Below are positions 61,699-64,000 of a DNA stretch of 64,000 nucleotides, piece after piece. Origin of the DNA: Psammoneis japonica (Eukaryota); contig QPGO01000078.1 of NCBI GenBank assembly GCA_008632985.1, positions 62,001 through 126,000 on the forward strand, written 5' to 3'. The notes below the pieces were generated by a model. It had not been told where the DNA came from. It did not search any database and saw only the letters and a program-made list of their open reading frames with translations. The position numbers and the translations under genes were made by a program. How positions within the stretch are numbered: the first letter of the stretch is position 1; the number at the start of each line of letters is the position of its first letter.

Positions 61699-63999
61699 CT
61701 AAGCTTTTGTCGTTTGCCTGGGGAGGAGACGCGCATGAAAGGTTATGACGGAACGCAAACTCTGAGCCAACCAACCGGCAATCAACACCATTGGCACAAT
61801 TGGAGCAACGGCAATCACTTCCAAAACGGCCAAACCTCCCGCAATAGGAGCTAACAAAATTAAAAATGCCCACTGAACGAGCCAATGTGAGTTTGACAAA
61901 GTCTCCACAAGCGGCACTAACCAAGCCAAGCGACTCGAAACTCCGTTCGTGTAAGCTTCTTGCTGGCACCAGTCACTCCTCCAGCGGCAGAAGCACCGAA
62001 GGGGAGCCAAGCAAGCGTGGAAAAATTGCATCTGGAGAACCTCACTCAGGTCCAAGAGGGCCACATAGTTGCTGGATCGTACTCCCGACACGGAAATCTC
62101 ACCGTTTTCCGTCAGAGGTGCGTACAGCCCCCGACTCACAACAGTGTCGACAGATACAACTTGCTGCGTTTGATCCAACCAGTCACCCATCTGAACATTC
62201 TTGGCGAGAGTCAGGGAATCATTCACGTACACCATGTGCCGCCCGGAAATCTCGAGGGTAGTTTGGCGGCTGGTGGTTATCCTCCAAAACTGGTCTAAAC
62301 TCTTCTCGTCCTTGTGGGCAAATGAATAGAGACGCGAGTATGTACCATTGGATGTCTCTACCATGTCTCCGATTTGCACATCTTCAATAGAAACGAGACC
62401 CTTGTTGAATACCCGAACAGTATTTGAGCTGGAGAAGCAAATAGGTGTACCGGTAATAGGTGTAACAGGTGCCGGCGCAGGAGGCAGTCTCTCGGCCGCA
62501 ACACGACAAGCTTCCAATGCATTCACAAACCCGAAACCAGTGCCGAAGTCAAAGCCGGGGTCAGGCCCTGGCGTCCTAGTGTCATCCATATCATCAGAAG
62601 TTTGCTCGAGAATGCCATATATTGCATCTGGGTCCAATCTACCTTTCTCGAGCATCAAGGCTGCCACGGCTGCAACATGGGGTGCGGCGGCAGAAGTGCC
62701 AAAGAACCGGCCAAAGTGAGTAGTTAAGCCTCCATCGGGGCCAGTAAAGCGAGGCTGGTTTCGAATTTCTGGGGTAGCAAGTCGGTTTCCCGTGGTGTTA
62801 AAAAGAATTTGGGTTCCTCCAGCGCTACTGAAATCTTGTGGGACTGCCGGACCTGTTCCAAACCCTGGCGAGCTACCATAAAAAGCTGCACCGACTCCGG
62901 CTCCGTTTGCTGCATTGTGGTGCGCCACAAGCGTGGGAGTGGGTATTTCGTACTCGTTCTCGACGATAGTTCCATCGTAAACGATCCATTTCAGATATGT
63001 TGGGTCCCGGTCACCACTGATCTTTGCGATCAAAATATCAAATGTGATTCTAGGCGGTAGCCCTGTAAGCCACATAATCTCCACTGCGTCACCGCCAATG
63101 TTACTACTTCTACTGGCACCAAGCCTGGTTTTTCCCTCATAAGCGTAAATATTCATATCGATGTCACATCCAAGTCCACCGGCGGAGGCGAAGGGAGCGT
63201 CCCACTGAAATACGATCGAAACTTCGCCGTTTGATTCCAAAGTTACAGTATGTCGAACGTCAACAGTTCCATCAGTGGCAAAGTTAACAACCCGGATGGG
63301 GGGAATGTCGGCTGTATCAACGAATGTAATTGGATCAACATTTGCATCTCTATGCCAGCCATTCTGCCCTCGGTTGCCGGCACAACTAAAGAACGGTATT
63401 CCTTGACTGACAACTTCTTCAACGGCTTGATTGACAAGACCATCTTGGAACCATGGCTCTAGCAAATCGCTTACATCGTCTACAATCACATCACAGCCAG
63501 CTTGAGCAAGAGCACGAATTCCATTAGCAAATACAGATATCCCTCCAAATGCCGTGTGGAACGCAAAGCTAGCACCGGGAGCGACATCAAACGCGAGTTG
63601 CATCATGGCTCGACCTTCATCGGTGCCACTAATACAGCCCTCTTCTTCCTGCAAGACTTGGACTCCACTCGGAAGGTCACCTGAGGCAACGTCGTCGGCA
63701 GCCGAGATTGCAGCGTTTCCACAATCGTACGAATCCGACAAAATACCAATCTTGATACCCGCTCCATTAATGGAAAGTTCCTGCCTGGCATCGTCACTAG
63801 ACATTGCCCGGTCGCCTTCCGTTAGAACGCTTCCACTACTTTTGACCGAAAGAACAGGCTGAATCAATCGTACAAAGCTACTGCTGGCAACCAGAGTCAA
63901 ACTATCCATATGCACCGCAGCAGAGATGACGTGTTTGAAACGAGACCGGACTTCGACTCCAGGAATGGCTTCAACTTGCGCCGTCGTCGTTTCTGGTTC
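61699..63999 (-). CDS. Subtilase-family protease with C-terminal Hedgehog/intein (Hint) domain; 5' end lies beyond the window
   Basis: IGILSDS, TDEGRAM, AGN, FGTSAAAPHVA; PICFS, DVQIGD.V, H in ISGRHM, GLYAPLT..G...V.GV..SNY; C-terminal hydrophobic helices; frame open to the window edge. Confidence 0.88.
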   Translation of the reverse strand, partial: EPETTTAQVEAIPGVEVRSRFKHVISAAVHMDSLTLVASSSFVRLIQPVLSVKSSGSVLTEGDRAMSSDDARQELSINGAGIKIGILSDSYDCGNAAISAADDVASGDLPSGVQVLQEEEGCISGTDEGRAMMQLAFDVAPGASFAFHTAFGGISVFANGIRALAQAGCDVIVDDVSDLLEPWFQDGLVNQAVEEVVSQGIPFFSCAGNRGQNGWHRDANVDPITFVDTADIPPIRVVNFATDGTVDVRHTVTLESNGEVSIVFQWDAPFASAGGLGCDIDMNIYAYEGKTRLGASRSSNIGGDAVEIMWLTGLPPRITFDILIAKISGDRDPTYLKWIVYDGTIVENEYEIPTPTLVAHHNAANGAGVGAAFYGSSPGFGTGPAVPQDFSSAGGTQILFNTTGNRLATPEIRNQPRFTGPDGGLTTHFGRFFGTSAAAPHVAAVAALMLEKGRLDPDAIYGILEQTSDDMDDTRTPGPDPGFDFGTGFGFVNALEACRVAAERLPPAPAPVTPITGTPICFSSSNTVRVFNKGLVSIEDVQIGDMVETSNGTYSRLYSFAHKDEKSLDQFWRITTSRQTTLEISGRHMVYVNDSLTLAKNVQMGDWLDQTQQVVSVDTVVSRGLYAPLTENGEISVSGVRSSNYVALLDLSEVLQMQFFHACLAPLRCFCRWRSDWCQQEAYTNGVSSRLAWLVPLVETLSNSHWLVQWAFLILLAPIAGGLAVLEVIAVAPIVPMVLIAGWLAQSLRSVITFHARLLPRQTTKA

Positions 64000-64000
64000 A

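Overview
Eukaryotic genomic DNA, most likely from a diatom (short GT-AG introns, an RXL-type Gly/Tyr/Lys-rich secreted protein, diatom-type transposon families). Islands of intact host genes (PP2C, WrbA-like oxidoreductase, histidine-phosphatase-fold proteins, REase-kinase, CDPK, cingulin-like protein, DegP, metzincin, subtilase-Hint) alternate with blocks of nested transposon relics (CRE-like non-LTR element, MULE, Harbinger and Tc1/mariner MITEs, Helitron helicase, copia-like gag). The main signal is that the repeat blocks are almost devoid of TpA, and homology shows why: TpA has been converted to TpG or CpA on both strands. Examples are RT YADD->CADD, Tyr->His/Cys throughout, single TIR mismatches at TpA, and a TA target-site duplication turned into CA. 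Surviving TpAs are mostly in YTAR context. This looks like a repeat-targeted A:T->G:C hypermutation, the reverse of fungal RIP. Mechanism and novelty are inferred and need computation and raw reads to confirm. All counts and alignments were done by eye.
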